From positions 19,167,784 to 19,200,783 of the forward strand of contig CM121341.1 of assembly GCA_051530055.1 (NCBI GenBank): 33,000 nt of DNA. The letters are read 5' to 3'. The DNA is from Neoechinorhynchus agilis (lineage: Eukaryota > Animalia > Acanthocephala). This document shows, one piece after another, positions 1 through 10,843 of the stretch; the stretch's first letter is position 1; each line of letters begins with the position of its first letter. Below the pieces are notes generated by a model. The model saw only the letters and a program-made list of their open reading frames with translations, had not been told where the DNA came from and ran no database searches. A program made the translations under genes and the position numbers.

Positions 1-905
1 ATTCCTGTTTAAGTTGGTCAAAGGGTTCAAAATCCATTATCGCTGATGGCTCATAACGAAAGGGGACGAAATACCGCTGATGGGAGGAAACTTATTGACG
101 ATTCCCAAATTCTCCGAAGGTGAGTGAGGGTCCGAAGGGATGCGTACAAATTCATAACCATATGGTTCAGGGTATTAAGTTATTCTATTACTTCTCTGTT
201 GTAAGAGATCGGTGTGGCTTCATTCCGTTGCCTTATGCCAAAAGCCAAGGACGGGATTAATAACCTGAATCAAAAAGATCTGGCTTGAAAGTAACATTTA
301 AGAATTAAAAAACACTCATCCCGAGGTACAAATATTGGCAAAGTTCTGACATTCTGTAGTTCTCGCGGTGGTCTAGTGAATTTGAGCACCGAATTCCTGT
401 TTAAGTGGGTCAAAGGGTTCAAAATCCATTATCGCTGATGGCTCATAACGAAAGGGGACGAAATACCGCTGATGGGAGGAAACTTATTGACGATTCCCTT
501 ATTCTCGGAAGGTGTATGAGGGTCCGAAGGGATGCGTACAAACTCAAAACCGTATGGTTCAGGGTATTATGTTATTCTATTACTTCTCTGTTGTAAGAGA
601 TCGGTGTGGCTTCATGCCGTTGCCTTAGGTCAAAAGCCTGGGATGGGATTAAGAACCTGAATCAAAAAGACGTGGCTTGAAAGTAACATTTAAGAATTTA
701 AAAAAAACTCACCCCGAGGTACAAATATTGGCACAGTTCTGGCATTCTGTAGTTGTGTCGAGGTGGTCTAGTTAATTTAAGCACCAAATTCCTGTTTAAG
801 TGTGTCAAAGGGTTCAAAATCCATTATCGCTGATTGCTCATAACGAAAGGGGACGAAATGCCGCTGATGGGAAGAAACTTATTGACGATACCCTAATTCT
901 CGGAA
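1..905. repeat. Tandem repeat, unit about 392-395 bp, about 2.3 diverged copies (continues beyond the window start)
   Basis: ATTCCTGTTTAAGT..GTCAAAGGGTTCAAAATCCATTATCGCTGAT starts at 1, 393 and 788. Similarity ends near 905. Confidence 0.9.
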
Positions 906-1424
906 GTTATGAAATAATCTGGGTCTTTTCGTCAAGGTTTTACGGGGCCACACCATGTTCAAAGTTCGACTGAGAGTGCCACAGCTTAAGTTTGTGTTCA
1001 AAGACCAGGTAGAAATATCTATATCTTCGGTACCACTTATGTCCGGACGGTTGGAAGCGGAAGGAATGGCGTTTTCGCAGACAATGCAGCGGCGAGTTCT
1101 AGACATCAGCTCGATAAAACCTTAGAACTGCTCAACAAGCGGGACGAACTTTCTTATTCGATGTCGCTACTTTAACACACTTCACATCTCCACGCGCCGT
1201 TGTAGATTGCTGAAGAAGCTGTAAGACGGCGAAAGCTTGAAAATGGATGTTGATATGGGTTAGGCAACGCCCCAACAAGTTCTTATTAATGGAGATAGCC
1301 TCATTAAATGTTAATAAAATCAATAATTTAAATATATTGAGACAAACCCCATAATTTATTAATATCGTTCTTTAATCACGCCGCTAAAGCGCTCCAGCTT
1401 CTTCACTTGTTGCAACAATCAATC

Positions 1425-1467
1425 AGCGTGATAGCGACAGCCGAGGATGGAGAGAAGCTCCAATTTT
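1425..1467 (+). mobile_element. 3'-end remnant of the CRE-like retrotransposon seen at 5630-6484
   Basis: AGCGTGATAGCGACAGCCGAGGATGGAGAGAAGCTCCAATTTT nearly matches the minus-strand end of the 5630-6484 copy (AGCGTGATAGCGACAGCCGGGGAAGGAGAGAAGCTCCAATTTT). Confidence 0.7.
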
Positions 1468-2194
1468 TTGTGCTTTACTATTGTAAAACCTGTTAAATTT
1501 TATTATTTAAAAAAATCAATCTTGCTACTTCTTGATTGTCCTAGACTTCATTGCAAGAGACAATCGATTCTTTGAATCCAACAATGTGCCTTAATCATGA
1601 TCAATTAAAACTTAAATAAGATAAAGTGAATGCAATTTTGTAATCTATCCGTTTTCATAACCCAAATCCTTTACGAGAAAAAATTACACAATATTTAAGC
1701 CAATCAGTGGTCACTTTTTTAAAGAAGATGAACATGTGATCGCTAAGATAACTAATAATTACTGAATGGAAATTATTAACTAGTACCACTCTGGCCAATC
1801 AGCAAACATGCTCGTAATTTTTAATACCTGAATCGTTGAAGGTAATTATGAGGTTTCTTGTGTTTTAAACGAGCCTTAAGGGTGCCTTTTCGGATCGTAA
1901 AAAAATAGATTACTTGATTATTTGGCGGAGGCATCCACATTCTATAGATCTTTCAAGATTACTAAAAGACGACCAGATGTTCCCTGTGGTTTATGTTTTA
2001 AGCGATCTAAGAGGTCAACACCAGAGAAGCCTAAGAACATGCAGACCTGAATGAAGATGGGCACAAGGCAGTGGAATCGGGGATTCGAAATAAATTTTAC
2101 AACTTTTTCCACCTTGGTAGAATCTAAGACCATTAACGAGCGACCATGGAATCGGGTAAATGTTTTTATGTTTGCTGTCAAAAAGTAGATATCA

Positions 2195-2700
2195 ATCGAT
2201 CGATGTGGCTCCAATATCGATGAGTCGGGCGACATGGTCTCGCGTGCAAACGGTCGAGTTGGCACTTCACGAGACACATTGAGCTCAATATTATCATCAG
2301 CGTTGTGTTGAACTCCGTCCAAGCTCCTAAGATTCTTGAGCCTGAGCAAACATTCTGCTTACATGGCGAGCGACCGGATGGAATGACAATTTTTTCTTCT
2401 TCGATAGGGAAAATGCCTAGTTTGCGACGCCAAGTGCGATGATTCGCTGTGCGTCCTCTGTGCCCTAAGGTGAAGCTTCCGCGGTGGAAAAGTGGCAAAA
2501 TACGTCGAATGGGAATATGACCACGATTTCGTACCATTCGTGAGGCTCCGGGAAGTCCGCCCTTAAACTATGCGGAGAATTGGGCCAATTTTATGAGGGA
2601 AGCGACCGGCGACCATAGAGGATAAACATGGTTGCCGTCCAGCGAGGGTACACCGCCATGGGTACAACGTCCGCAGGCTACGAGATGGGACGTCATTGAT
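2195..2700 (+). mobile_element. Degenerate CRE-like (REL endonuclease) non-LTR retrotransposon, 3' part
   Basis: Frameshifted plus-strand translation gives CGSNIDESG..GLACKRS..FTRHIELN..ILEP..GERPDGMT..GK.LVCDA..FVPF..KSALKLCGELG..EATGD..VAVQRG. This is the same motif order as the copy at 5867-6484. Confidence 0.75.
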
Positions 2701-3013
2701 GCTGCCAGTAGAATTAAATTAATAAAATTTAAAAATTGAAAGGAAAATGCCCAACTCAGAGTTCGCGCTTTTGTTAATTTAGTTAGCGCTTTGATTTTAT
2801 ATCAAAGCAGGGAATGAACTATGTTTAGCGATGATGTTTCAAAAATCGAGTTGTTTCCATCGTCAGCATTTTCTTATTGTTCTAAATTCAATAAGACTGG
2901 TGGGCTTTAAGATATTTCAAATGGAACACGTCCCTCGTTTTAGAAAATTCAATTTTTAAGCGTTCGTTTTCGTTTCTGCAATTTAAGAGTCACTTTGATA
3001 TTAGGATTATTAG

Positions 3014-4323
3014 CTAGAAACATTGAATAGCGGTTTGACGACAAGATGTCTTTCTAATACCAAGATTACCGATTTCAAAAGATAGAGGAAGAATGACATT
3101 TACTTCGTTGTGTTCATTGGTCAACATCGCATCTCGTATCGAACGCACTAGCTGTCCAAGGGAATATAATGCTTTATTTGAGTGCTAAAAGTAATAGAAA
3201 GGCTTAATGCGAAAAATCAATCAACACTTTTAGACATTCCCCAATAGTCCTTTCAAGTAAAATGGACGACACAACAAATACAAATTCATCAGAATCTCCG
3301 TCAAAATCATCATCCGCCCGTCGTCTCACGATTTGATTGACGGTCCGAAAATCGGAAATATCAATCCTCGCGTACATAACGATCGCATTATCGCATTGTT
3401 GAATTCTCTTCTCCATAAAACGCATAGATATTTAATATTTGGCGAATAAATAGAGAACGATAAACTTTTAAAACTTCTCTATTGTTTTTAAATCGATTGA
3501 TTCCAAGATAACAACTTCATCATAGAATCCATATCGATCAAATTGAATGAGTGTACTGATGCGCATCCGGGCTATCTAAAGTCAAATCCACTAGGCGAGT
3601 ATAACGTTAGTGTTACACCTGCAACGACGGTAATCGAATAGCGCGGTCTCGTCTTCAAGCAATTCCTTTTCCTATATCTCAAATGGTTTATGTTTATTCA
3701 GATTTGTGTTTATGAAATTTTAATCGGTGTTCCGGTCGCAATTGGCTTAAAATTTTGTTGAAGTTTGTCATAAGACTGAAGAACGATATAATCCTCAATG
3801 GCGTCAACTATGAACTCTTCACCGATCTCAAAAATTGATTTTGTGCTTTCTTGCGACGTTATAAATTTTACAATATCTCTTGGAAACACATTGATGCCTT
3901 TTTCTACTCGTTTTTCGATTTTCTTCACTATCGTTCTGTAACGAACTTCAAAACTTCTTTTTAGTTCAAAAAATCTTTTTTAGAATTTCTTCGATAGCAA
4001 AGATTGTCCGGATGAACATAATCATTGTATGATTCGTAACAAGCATAGTCATTATTCTCATAGAACTCAATTAAACCTTTTGTTATATATGCTCGAAATT
4101 CCTTTATGCAGCATGTCTACGATCGTGAAACCCAATATCGATAGTAGACATATTGACAATTTACAATATATCCTTCAGCAATCCGCAGTGCGTCAAGTGG
4201 TCTAAATCTTCCACTATAGCACGCAACAATAATAACTAGATTTCGAATGCATCCGATTGATTCCATTATTCTAAGACTGAATGACAAAAATTACGAAAAA
4301 ATACAATCCTTTGAAAGGTTCAT
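3014..4323 (-). CDS. Multi-exon VPS9-domain protein, ANKRD27/VARP N-terminal-like; exon structure partly inferred
   Basis: Successive exons read LVIIVACYSG, LIEFYENND..VHP, AIEDYIVLQSYDKL, EKELLEDETALF, DSMMKLLS, RRADDDFD..FVFVV and ALYSLGQL. These are colinear with recalled ANKRD27 motifs (GIVLVPCKG, EETFY..AHPLEKR, AVEIYVHHEIYNL, EDAAF, SPQQKL, ADDLL, GYCL). No ankyrin part is seen. Confidence 0.55.
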
Positions 4324-4637
4324 TTCTGTAAGATCAATGCTAAACAAGGAAATGTGCACTTTGGAATTACATGGCCCGTTTGCTTTTGAATAATATTTAT
4401 ATTTTTACAATTAATAAAACTTTGATATAAGGTCCAATTACTTACAAAATATTTATACGCTACAAAAATACATAATGTTCACCTCACATTTGATCAAAAG
4501 AGTTAAAATGTTCAATTAAAAATTATACGGCAAAGTTTTTTTGCAAGTGAAAATTAAATTTCGGCATTTTCTCTAATATATAAATTCGAGCTTATGACCA
4601 TTGATACTTGTCTGAATTTAAGGCCATCCATGATCAT

Positions 4638-5528
4638 CTATTTTAAAAGATGAAGAAGCATTTCCGCATTAAAGTTCTCCGCCATCATCGGCTTACGGAA
4701 ATCGGTTTGAAATACATCATTTAAATAGAAAGACATTCTGGGCGCTGGACCCATTCCATTTAGATCAAAAATGTTATTAATCATTGCTCGTATGACCCAT
4801 CCGAATGCATATCTTCTTTCGAGCACAGGCTGAATTGTCATCATATTCACAGTCGATAACACGTTTTATTGTTGATCAAAATAGAGGAACAATGTACCTC
4901 TGGGTCCTCGAAAAACACTCAAACTCGAGAACACTTGAGTTCTGATAGATCAAATGAATGTGGTTTTTTTTGGAGTGGATGACGGTTGCGGTTGGATAGG
5001 AAAGTGGGTGGTTATTGTTTGCAGGAGCGCTTGTAAGGTTAATCTTTCCTCATGTTCATTTATAGTTTGATATTCGAGAAGATTGTTCAGCAAGGAAGAA
5101 GGGGGCGTAGGTATAAGGAGATGCGAGGTATAGGAGGGTGAAACGAATTTGGATTACGAGTTTTGTGCTCGTGTGAAAAGGGGGGATATGTGGTAGAAAT
5201 TGTGGTTCAAGGGTTGATAGGCGTTTTGATTGTTTTATGAAAGTTTTATACAGGCATTTGTTGATCGGAGGGTGAAATCAACTGTGCAAATTCTATGCAA
5301 GGAATTCTCGGTATTTTCTTTTGCATGCAGCACAAATCGCGCAATACAGATTCCACTTGATCCGACCAATGCAACAAAATTCTTTTTGTTCGCTTGCCTA
5401 GAAGTGAGTTGTCTAATGATCATCTTTTTAAATTTAGCAAAATCGTCTTCCCGTCCAACAATGGGAAACGCAGATGAAACTTTTCTAATTGAAAAATCGA
5501 TCGACTTTTGAGCATTCATCGCCTTCAT
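4638..5528 (-). CDS. Possible multi-exon gene with a degenerate P-loop-like N-terminus; product unknown
   Basis: ORF 5235-5528 has IVGREDDFAKFKKMI...VALVGSSGI, resembling an AAA/ORC-type start but lacking the GKT Walker A. ORF 4638-4862 lies downstream on the same strand; the connection is unproven. Confidence 0.25.
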
Positions 5529-5629
5529 GAATTACCTTAGTATTTTTTCACCGAATTTTTTATTATTTTTACTCAATAAGCTTTACAATAATAAAGTGCA
5601 AAACGTGCAATCACCACCGTCCGCAAAAT

Positions 5630-6484
5630 TGGAGCTTCTCTCCTTCCCCGGCTGTCGCTATCACGCTAGCAGCATTGCCTCATTGTACTGCGTGCGAGAT
5701 ATTTTGTCGAAGGAATACACCTGCTCATGCGTCGCCGGTCGTTTCTCCCAATTTCTTCGAGAGATCCTGGAGCAGAGTGCCGAGTTGCCAAGCGCACCTC
5801 GCGAAATATTTCGAATAAATAAAATATGTAATGACCGGGAATATTCTCACCGAAAGTGTAATTTTATTATCCCGAAGGACTTTCTATCGATGATAACTGA
5901 ATATATTTGCGTATTTTCCTCCCTTCCGCTGCACTGGCGGCACCACCGGCGATTTCGAGGGAGTAGCGAATGTTGCTGGCTGCGAGGGTGTCCACAAACG
6001 TGGCGTCCCAGAGAAGGCATTTGCCCTCCCGCCACGGGAAGACCGAAATTCCATCGGGTCTACGGCCGTCTAGTCGACAAAGGTGGGCGGGTTCCAGGAT
6101 GTTCGGGAAGATCGCCGTTCTCAACGCCCGAGAAATTGCGTTATTGATTTCAGAATGGCGTGAGAACCTTCCTCCTGACCTTCTGCAGACGAGACCGTGT
6201 CGCCCGAAAGCATCAACCAAAGACCCACATCGACAGCGATGGGGCGTGCATATCGATAGACCAAATCTTAAGGATACTGAGATCCTCGTTACCTCATCAG
6301 TAAGAAGAGTTCCCACTGATGCCAGAGGAACAGCCTCCAACCACGCCCCAGATTCTCGTGTTGAAACTGCCAACAGTCTAGCTCGGACGACCCCATAGCG
6401 AGAACCGGAAAGTAGAGAGCTGTGAGCTCTCGCGACAAGAGTTCCGTCCCAGATCGACTGTCTGAGGCCATTCTTCGATGCCAT
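5630..6484 (-). mobile_element. 5'-truncated CRE-like non-LTR retrotransposon (zinc knuckle plus REL endonuclease), decayed at the 3' end
   Basis: ARLLAVSTRESGAWL, CRCGSLVDAFGRHGLVC, RHSEINN, DGRRPDG..PWREGKCLLWDATFVDTLA and RKIRKY. A frameshifted, stop-containing GALGNSA..LGETTGD..FLRQNIS..GNAASV tail follows at 5650-5800. Confidence 0.85.
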
Positions 6485-6967
6485 TAGGGTCCTTTAAAAC
6501 CTTTTCAGGGAGTATTTCAAATTATCATTCGCGACTTATGGAAAGTCAATTATCACATGAGACATTATTTGTCTACGCGACCATTAATCTCGCATCGAGG
6601 TTCACTTCTCGTCCAATCACAGTATACTTTCAACGTTCGTGATTGCCGACAATTCCACAAAAGCTAACACCAAATTAGAATAGCTTCGAATTCTTTTGAA
6701 CTAAGCATCTTATGAGCAACGAATTTTAAACAACGTTCCTCCTGATTAAGCGCTGTGATCTTCAATCAAAGTAAAAATAGTCGATACAGCCAACTGTAGC
6801 GAATACAATCGACATAACCTGAGATATTCTCAATTTCATATTTAGTTCGGTTCCAACCATTGTGAACCGATTGCAGTGAAACCCAAGTCTTTGAGTTTTG
6901 CGCTTATTGTTTGAAAGAAGTGTATTACTTTAGCCAACAGAGCGACCTTTGCAATATTTCGAAAAAA

Positions 6968-7985
6968 ATGAAGAGATCTGATGACGTCGAACAGGTGCCA
7001 CTTCCGGCGAAGATTCGAAATCTTCATCCGGCTAACGCTCATGTAACAGTAATTTTGGAAAAGGCAGCGCTGGAAATCATCAAAACAGCCAAGCAGCGAT
7101 ATTGCCTACTCAATTGCGACCAACACGTATCTGAGCTCAAGAAACACAATAGAAAGATTACTCAATGCCGGCCAGACATTGCACACCAATCGCTGATGAT
7201 GTTATTGGACAGTCCTTTAAATAGAGCAGGTCGATTACGTCTATTCATTAGAACTGACCGAAATGTGTCAATTAGAATCGATCCTCAGTGTCGTATTCCA
7301 CGGACATTCATGAGGTTTAGCGCTCTAAGCTCTAAGACGAAGAGAGGGGGCATTTGCCATGGTAGCTTTCTGGGCTTAAAACTTTAAATGCATACTCTAT
7401 TTTAAATCATGCTACAATTTATAGCGCGAAAAGCGACTGATTACCATTTATTTTTTCTAGTTCTCATTTTTATTCACTACGATTACTCGGAAAAATGTAC
7501 TTTGAGCAAAGTACTCTTGAATTTTGATTGCTTCCTCGCATCACCCTTGATTTTCTTTTAAAGTGACAAAAATCCCTTGCTGTATTACTCTTCGTTTTTC
7601 GTTAATGGCTCAACTTCTATGCAAATTCAACGTCCGATCAGAGGACGGAGATGGGCGTAAGCTCCTTGAACTTATTAAGAATCCTTTGACCGATCATCTT
7701 CCTAAAGAAACCAAATACGTTCTTACTTCCGTTCAAGCTCCAAAAATATACAGTCCGGAGGAATTGGCAGACGCTTTGCTAAGTGAAGGAAGACATATCG
7801 CCATTGTTGTGGGAGCTTTCGCCCGAGGGTCACTTCTGGGTTTAACGGACAAATATTTGGACATGTGTTCACAAACAGAAGATAAATCGCCCATGGTTGC
7901 GTCCATCAGCAAATATCCGCTGTCAGCTGCGATAACTTGCACAAAGTTGTGCTCTGCGTTTGAGAAAGCTTTTGGGATTTTATGA
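6968..7985 (+). CDS. EMG1: Ribosomal RNA small subunit methyltransferase NEP1/EMG1; exons about 6968-7327 and 7605-7985
   Basis: RPDIAHQSLMMLLDSPLNRAGRL, RIPRTFMRFSAL|MAQLL, IKNPLTDHLP, VVGAFARG and ISKYPLSAAITCTKLCSAFE. The joined RFSAL+MAQLL matches the conserved RFSGLMVQLL with no gap. Confidence 0.93.
7328..7604 (+). other. Inverted-repeat-bounded non-GT-AG intron candidate in EMG1 (277 nt)
   Basis: Junction CTA|AGCT...CGTTA|ATG. ACGAAGAG (7337-7344) pairs with CTCTTCGT (7588-7595), and a second imperfect stem joins 7345-7360 to 7563-7580. A GT-AG alternative (7362-7563) would leave a 25-aa insert in the conserved helix. Confidence 0.65.
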
Positions 7986-8149
7986 TCCGGATAATTATAA
8001 ACAAAATTGTTTTCATTTTTTGAAGTCTGAGCAGCCGGTAACTTTTATTCAATATCTTTGTGTGGCTTCACAGTTGATAATTTTTTCTTGGCACACAGCC
8101 CACCGATCTGGTTCAGGGAAGCGCATAAAATCCTCAACACTCCGGATTC

Positions 8150-8245
8150 TTAGCTACTTCCCGGGGAGGCGGGACTCATCAGTAAGTTTCCTCCTCCCAT
8201 CATGGGTATTTCGTCCCCCTTTGTGATCTCTCATAGAATTGAGTA
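8150..8245 (-). repeat. Dispersed diverged copy of part of the 393-bp repeat unit
   Basis: The reverse complement contains GGGGACGAAATACC..TGATGGGAGG...AAACTTA.TGA, as at 63-100. Confidence 0.65.
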
Positions 8246-8439
8246 AGAGTCGCTTGCTAAGATCAAAGGCCGAATACGCGCACCAATTGAACCACGTAGA
8301 ATAAAATGTTGACATTAAAATGATCGTGTAACCTAGTGGCTTTTCAAGTTCTGCTCGCATAGCTATTTTGCTTTTTTTAATTAAAAAAACAACTTTTTTC
8401 ATTTACACACACAACAACAAAACGTTTCAACAATCATCA

Positions 8440-8670
8440 CCGTACACCACGAAGAAGAGGCATCGCTCTCCCCTCAGTGGTCGCGACCACACTCGCTGCG
8501 CTTCCTCTTTGGATCGCAAGACCAATGTTTTTGCGTAGGAAGGCACCGGCCCTTGTATTTCCTGTCTTGGCCTGGAGTCTACACGATAACTCCTTCGTAA
8601 ATCTAAGTGCCGAGCTACCGAGCGCACCAAGAATTTCCACTCCAAAGGGTACAAAAACATGAGACCTACT
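8440..8670 (-). mobile_element. 3'-end fragment of a CRE-like retrotransposon
   Basis: SHVFVPFGVEILGALGSSAL..KELS..TGNTRAGAFLRKNIGLAIQRGSAASV. There is nucleotide similarity to 5775-5800 (AGTGCCGAG.T.CC.AGCGCACC). Confidence 0.8.
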
Positions 8671-8759
8671 TAATTCTGTCGCTTAGTTTCCGCTTCCAAT
8701 TTTCAATGTTCGCTCTCTCTAAAAAATAGGTGTTAATGTCTATTTTTAAATCTTTATTT

Positions 8760-9179
8760 CTATACACCGTTTTCTTCATTAACGGAATAGAGAACTGTGC
8801 TCACAAATGCTCGGCAAGTGATCATTTGCTGATTGCAATTGATCGCTTTACAAAAGCACACGAGTTCATTGTTTGCTTCACATTCAAATGCTCCAATGTT
8901 ACCTCGGCAGTACGGCTGCATTGTTGAATACCGTCTTTGCGAGATAACGTCACTATTGAACACCCTTGTGACGTTCATCTCGCTTTAGAGAATGCATTGA
9001 TCATTTAAAAAGAAATTCGGCAAACAGTGACGTCCGGTGATGTTGCTGATGGCACAAACCGCGCAAGGTCCATAGGGTTCAGAGTATCCTTGAATACACG
9101 AAACGAGAGAAGATCGGCACTCCGGGAGAAGCAATTGAAATAATATGATCAAAAACCTATAAATCCAAAATCGCATCAT
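8760..9179 (-). CDS. Small secreted Cys-rich protein, three-finger/Ly6-like; two in-frame segments separated by a stop-containing insert
   Basis: Signal-like MMRFWIYRFLIILFQLLLPECRS, then SC..PCAVC, then YC...FECE...CFCKAINCN (terminal CxCxxxxCN) and a hydrophobic tail. An in-frame TAA at 8985-8987 lies inside an inverted-repeat-bounded segment. Confidence 0.5.
8943..9038 (-). other. Inverted-repeat-bounded intron candidate (96 nt) with ATC direct repeat
   Basis: Minus strand AAC ATC|ACCGGACGTCACTGTTTG...CAATAGTGACGTT ATC|TCG. The arms ACGTCACT/AGTGACGT lie at 9026-9033 and 8947-8954. Removal deletes the in-frame stop. Confidence 0.5.
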
Positions 9180-9561
9180 CTTAAAAACTAGTAGTCTATA
9201 ACGACTGGAAATTTAAAGACATTCGTATGGAAATTTATCTGCAAATTATGTGATACTGCTTTTTTACATCTCATCCGGTTAAAAAAACCCACAATGTTCT
9301 TTACGAATTCACGCTTAAAAGGAAATTTATGGCTGAAAGAGAAATAGTTGTAAAAAATAGAATATTTAATATTGTTGCCGCCAAAATACGTCAATTCGAA
9401 ACTAAGCAAAACCCTAATTCAAGTGTGCCATGTGAAAATGGGTTAGAATTGTTCAATTTTCCCATTTGTTTTATAAAAACCACAATGTACATCGCGTTTT
9501 CGCTCCTTTGAACACGGAAACAATAACGCTACAAAGCAGTGCTTGAAAGGAACAACTTTTT

Positions 9562-9585
9562 TTGTTGTTGTTGTTGTTGTTGTTG
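9562..9585. repeat. (TTG)n microsatellite, about 8 units
   Basis: Direct reading of the sequence. Confidence 0.9.
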
Positions 9586-9942
9586 ATCTGTCATCATTCC
9601 ATCGGATGCTTTAGCATTCATCCTGTCATCTAGTCAAACTTTATGGGAAAAAACAAGAACAATCATGTTTCGTTCAAGTAAAAACGAAGACATTTTGTTA
9701 TTTTTACGAAAGAAAGATTTGGCATACTTTTTGCATTGAATAAACGCAGGACTTAGTTGGCATCGACTAGTTTAAGCATTCGAAAATTCGCTTATTCTAT
9801 GAATTGTTGTGTGCTTGTTTTTTCCGTATGTATTGATTTAAAGCGAATTAAAAATTAAAGGGAAAACTAGTTGCCACTTCCCCCTCCCGATCAATTCACA
9901 TACATTCTATTTCAAACTTTTTTTCTGGATATTAAAACAAGT

Positions 9943-10404
9943 TCAACACTTTGAACACGTTTTAGCGCAAGTATTGGCGACTGTAGGACTGCTACAGTAT
10001 TCGACGAATTTGTTACAGTTTACAGCCATGTCTCGGCACCTCTTAATATTCGTTTTTTTTGAGCTGGAGATAATGGCCGGTGTTGAGGATGTCTTTTTTC
10101 TCCTCCCCGGACTTATGATATTTCTGATGATCTGATTGCATCCACTGATACATCCAATCAGATGGGAATTAATAAAATGATAAAGGTCGGAGACTGTGCC
10201 GTTATTTGGGAAAGAATCGATATCGCTTGAACGAGTCGTCTTTATTGTCGAATTTAAAGTTGAAAATGGAGCAAGTGGCTTCATCATGTTCGAGGTTAAT
10301 GCCAGTGCAAAAAAGGTCGCGGTGTACGGCAAATGGCTCATAACAAGGGAGCGTCTTAGGCAGAAAAGCGGAATCATTCCTATATATATATGTCTGCTTT
10401 GCAC
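9943..10404 (-). CDS. Small, probably secreted protein with a C-terminal ShKT domain; true start probably an internal ATG
   Basis: CRDMAVNCNKFVEYCSSPTVANTCAKTCSKC has the six-Cys ShKT spacing ending CxxTCxxC. MSHLPYTATFFALALTS is signal-like. Confidence 0.75.
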   Translation of the reverse strand: MQSRHIYIGMIPLFCLRRSLVMSHLPYTATFFALALTSNMMKPLAPFSTLNSTIKTTRSSDIDSFPNNGTVSDLYHFINSHLIGCISGCNQIIRNIISPGRRKKTSSTPAIISSSKKTNIKRCRDMAVNCNKFVEYCSSPTVANTCAKTCSKC

Positions 10405-10843
10405 AATGGGTATTGTGTTCAGAAATTGAAGGACCTACTATAATACTGTCTCAAAAAAGGCAGCGATGTTTGCTTTGGCGGAGTGGCTTGTGAGTTTATT
10501 CAATGATGGCGTTTTTCCATTCGATTTGGGTCAGCTACTTCAACCGTCCTTCATTGATCAGCATTTTTACTCACGCACACGAGAGTTTACACAAACGCTG
10601 AGAACAAAATGTACGACTTTAAATTCGCTAGCCTCCTCCTACTTACGAATCGCTTGTAAGCTTTTACGTCGTAAGTTTAGGCTGGAAAACATTAAGAGGA
10701 ATGCAGTGACAAAGTTTGTATGCGCGAATCGCTACACTCACCTTAAATACGTTTCATTGCGCCTCTATTGCCCGTTCTTTGGCTTTTTAAATATTCGAAG
10801 AAATACCGCTTTTTCCCTTCCCGCCAAGTCCTCAGCCTTTTGG

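Noticed and set aside
361-440. Functional tRNA gene
   Set aside because: A/B-box-like motifs are present, but acceptor and anticodon stems could not be folded.
1942-2537. Minus-strand ORFs 1942-2349 and 2178-2537
   Set aside because: They are largely antisense to a decayed plus-strand CRE-like element and carry no recognisable domain.
4109-4155. Strong hairpin (ATGTCTAC.ATCG / CGAT.GTAGACAT) covering an in-frame stop in the VPS9 gene
   Set aside because: A good canonical 48-nt intron (GTAAAT...CGTAG, phase 0) removes the same stop and matches the local intron size. It is not counted as non-canonical, although the overlap with a hairpin is notable.
4960-5230. C-poor, G-rich strand-skewed stretch
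   Set aside because: There is no repeat unit and no regular G-tract pattern. It can be read as Pro/Ser/Thr-rich coding or intron on the minus strand, so there is not enough evidence for a distinct element.
5527-6471. ORFs 5527-6147, 5970-6398, 5847-6035 and 6289-6471
   Set aside because: These are shadow frames of the GC-richer retrotransposon on the minus strand.
10466-10843. N-terminal extension of the FUT8 ORF
   Set aside because: The type II TM segment starts shortly after ATG 10844. The upstream part looks like promoter or UTR shared with the divergent ShKT gene.
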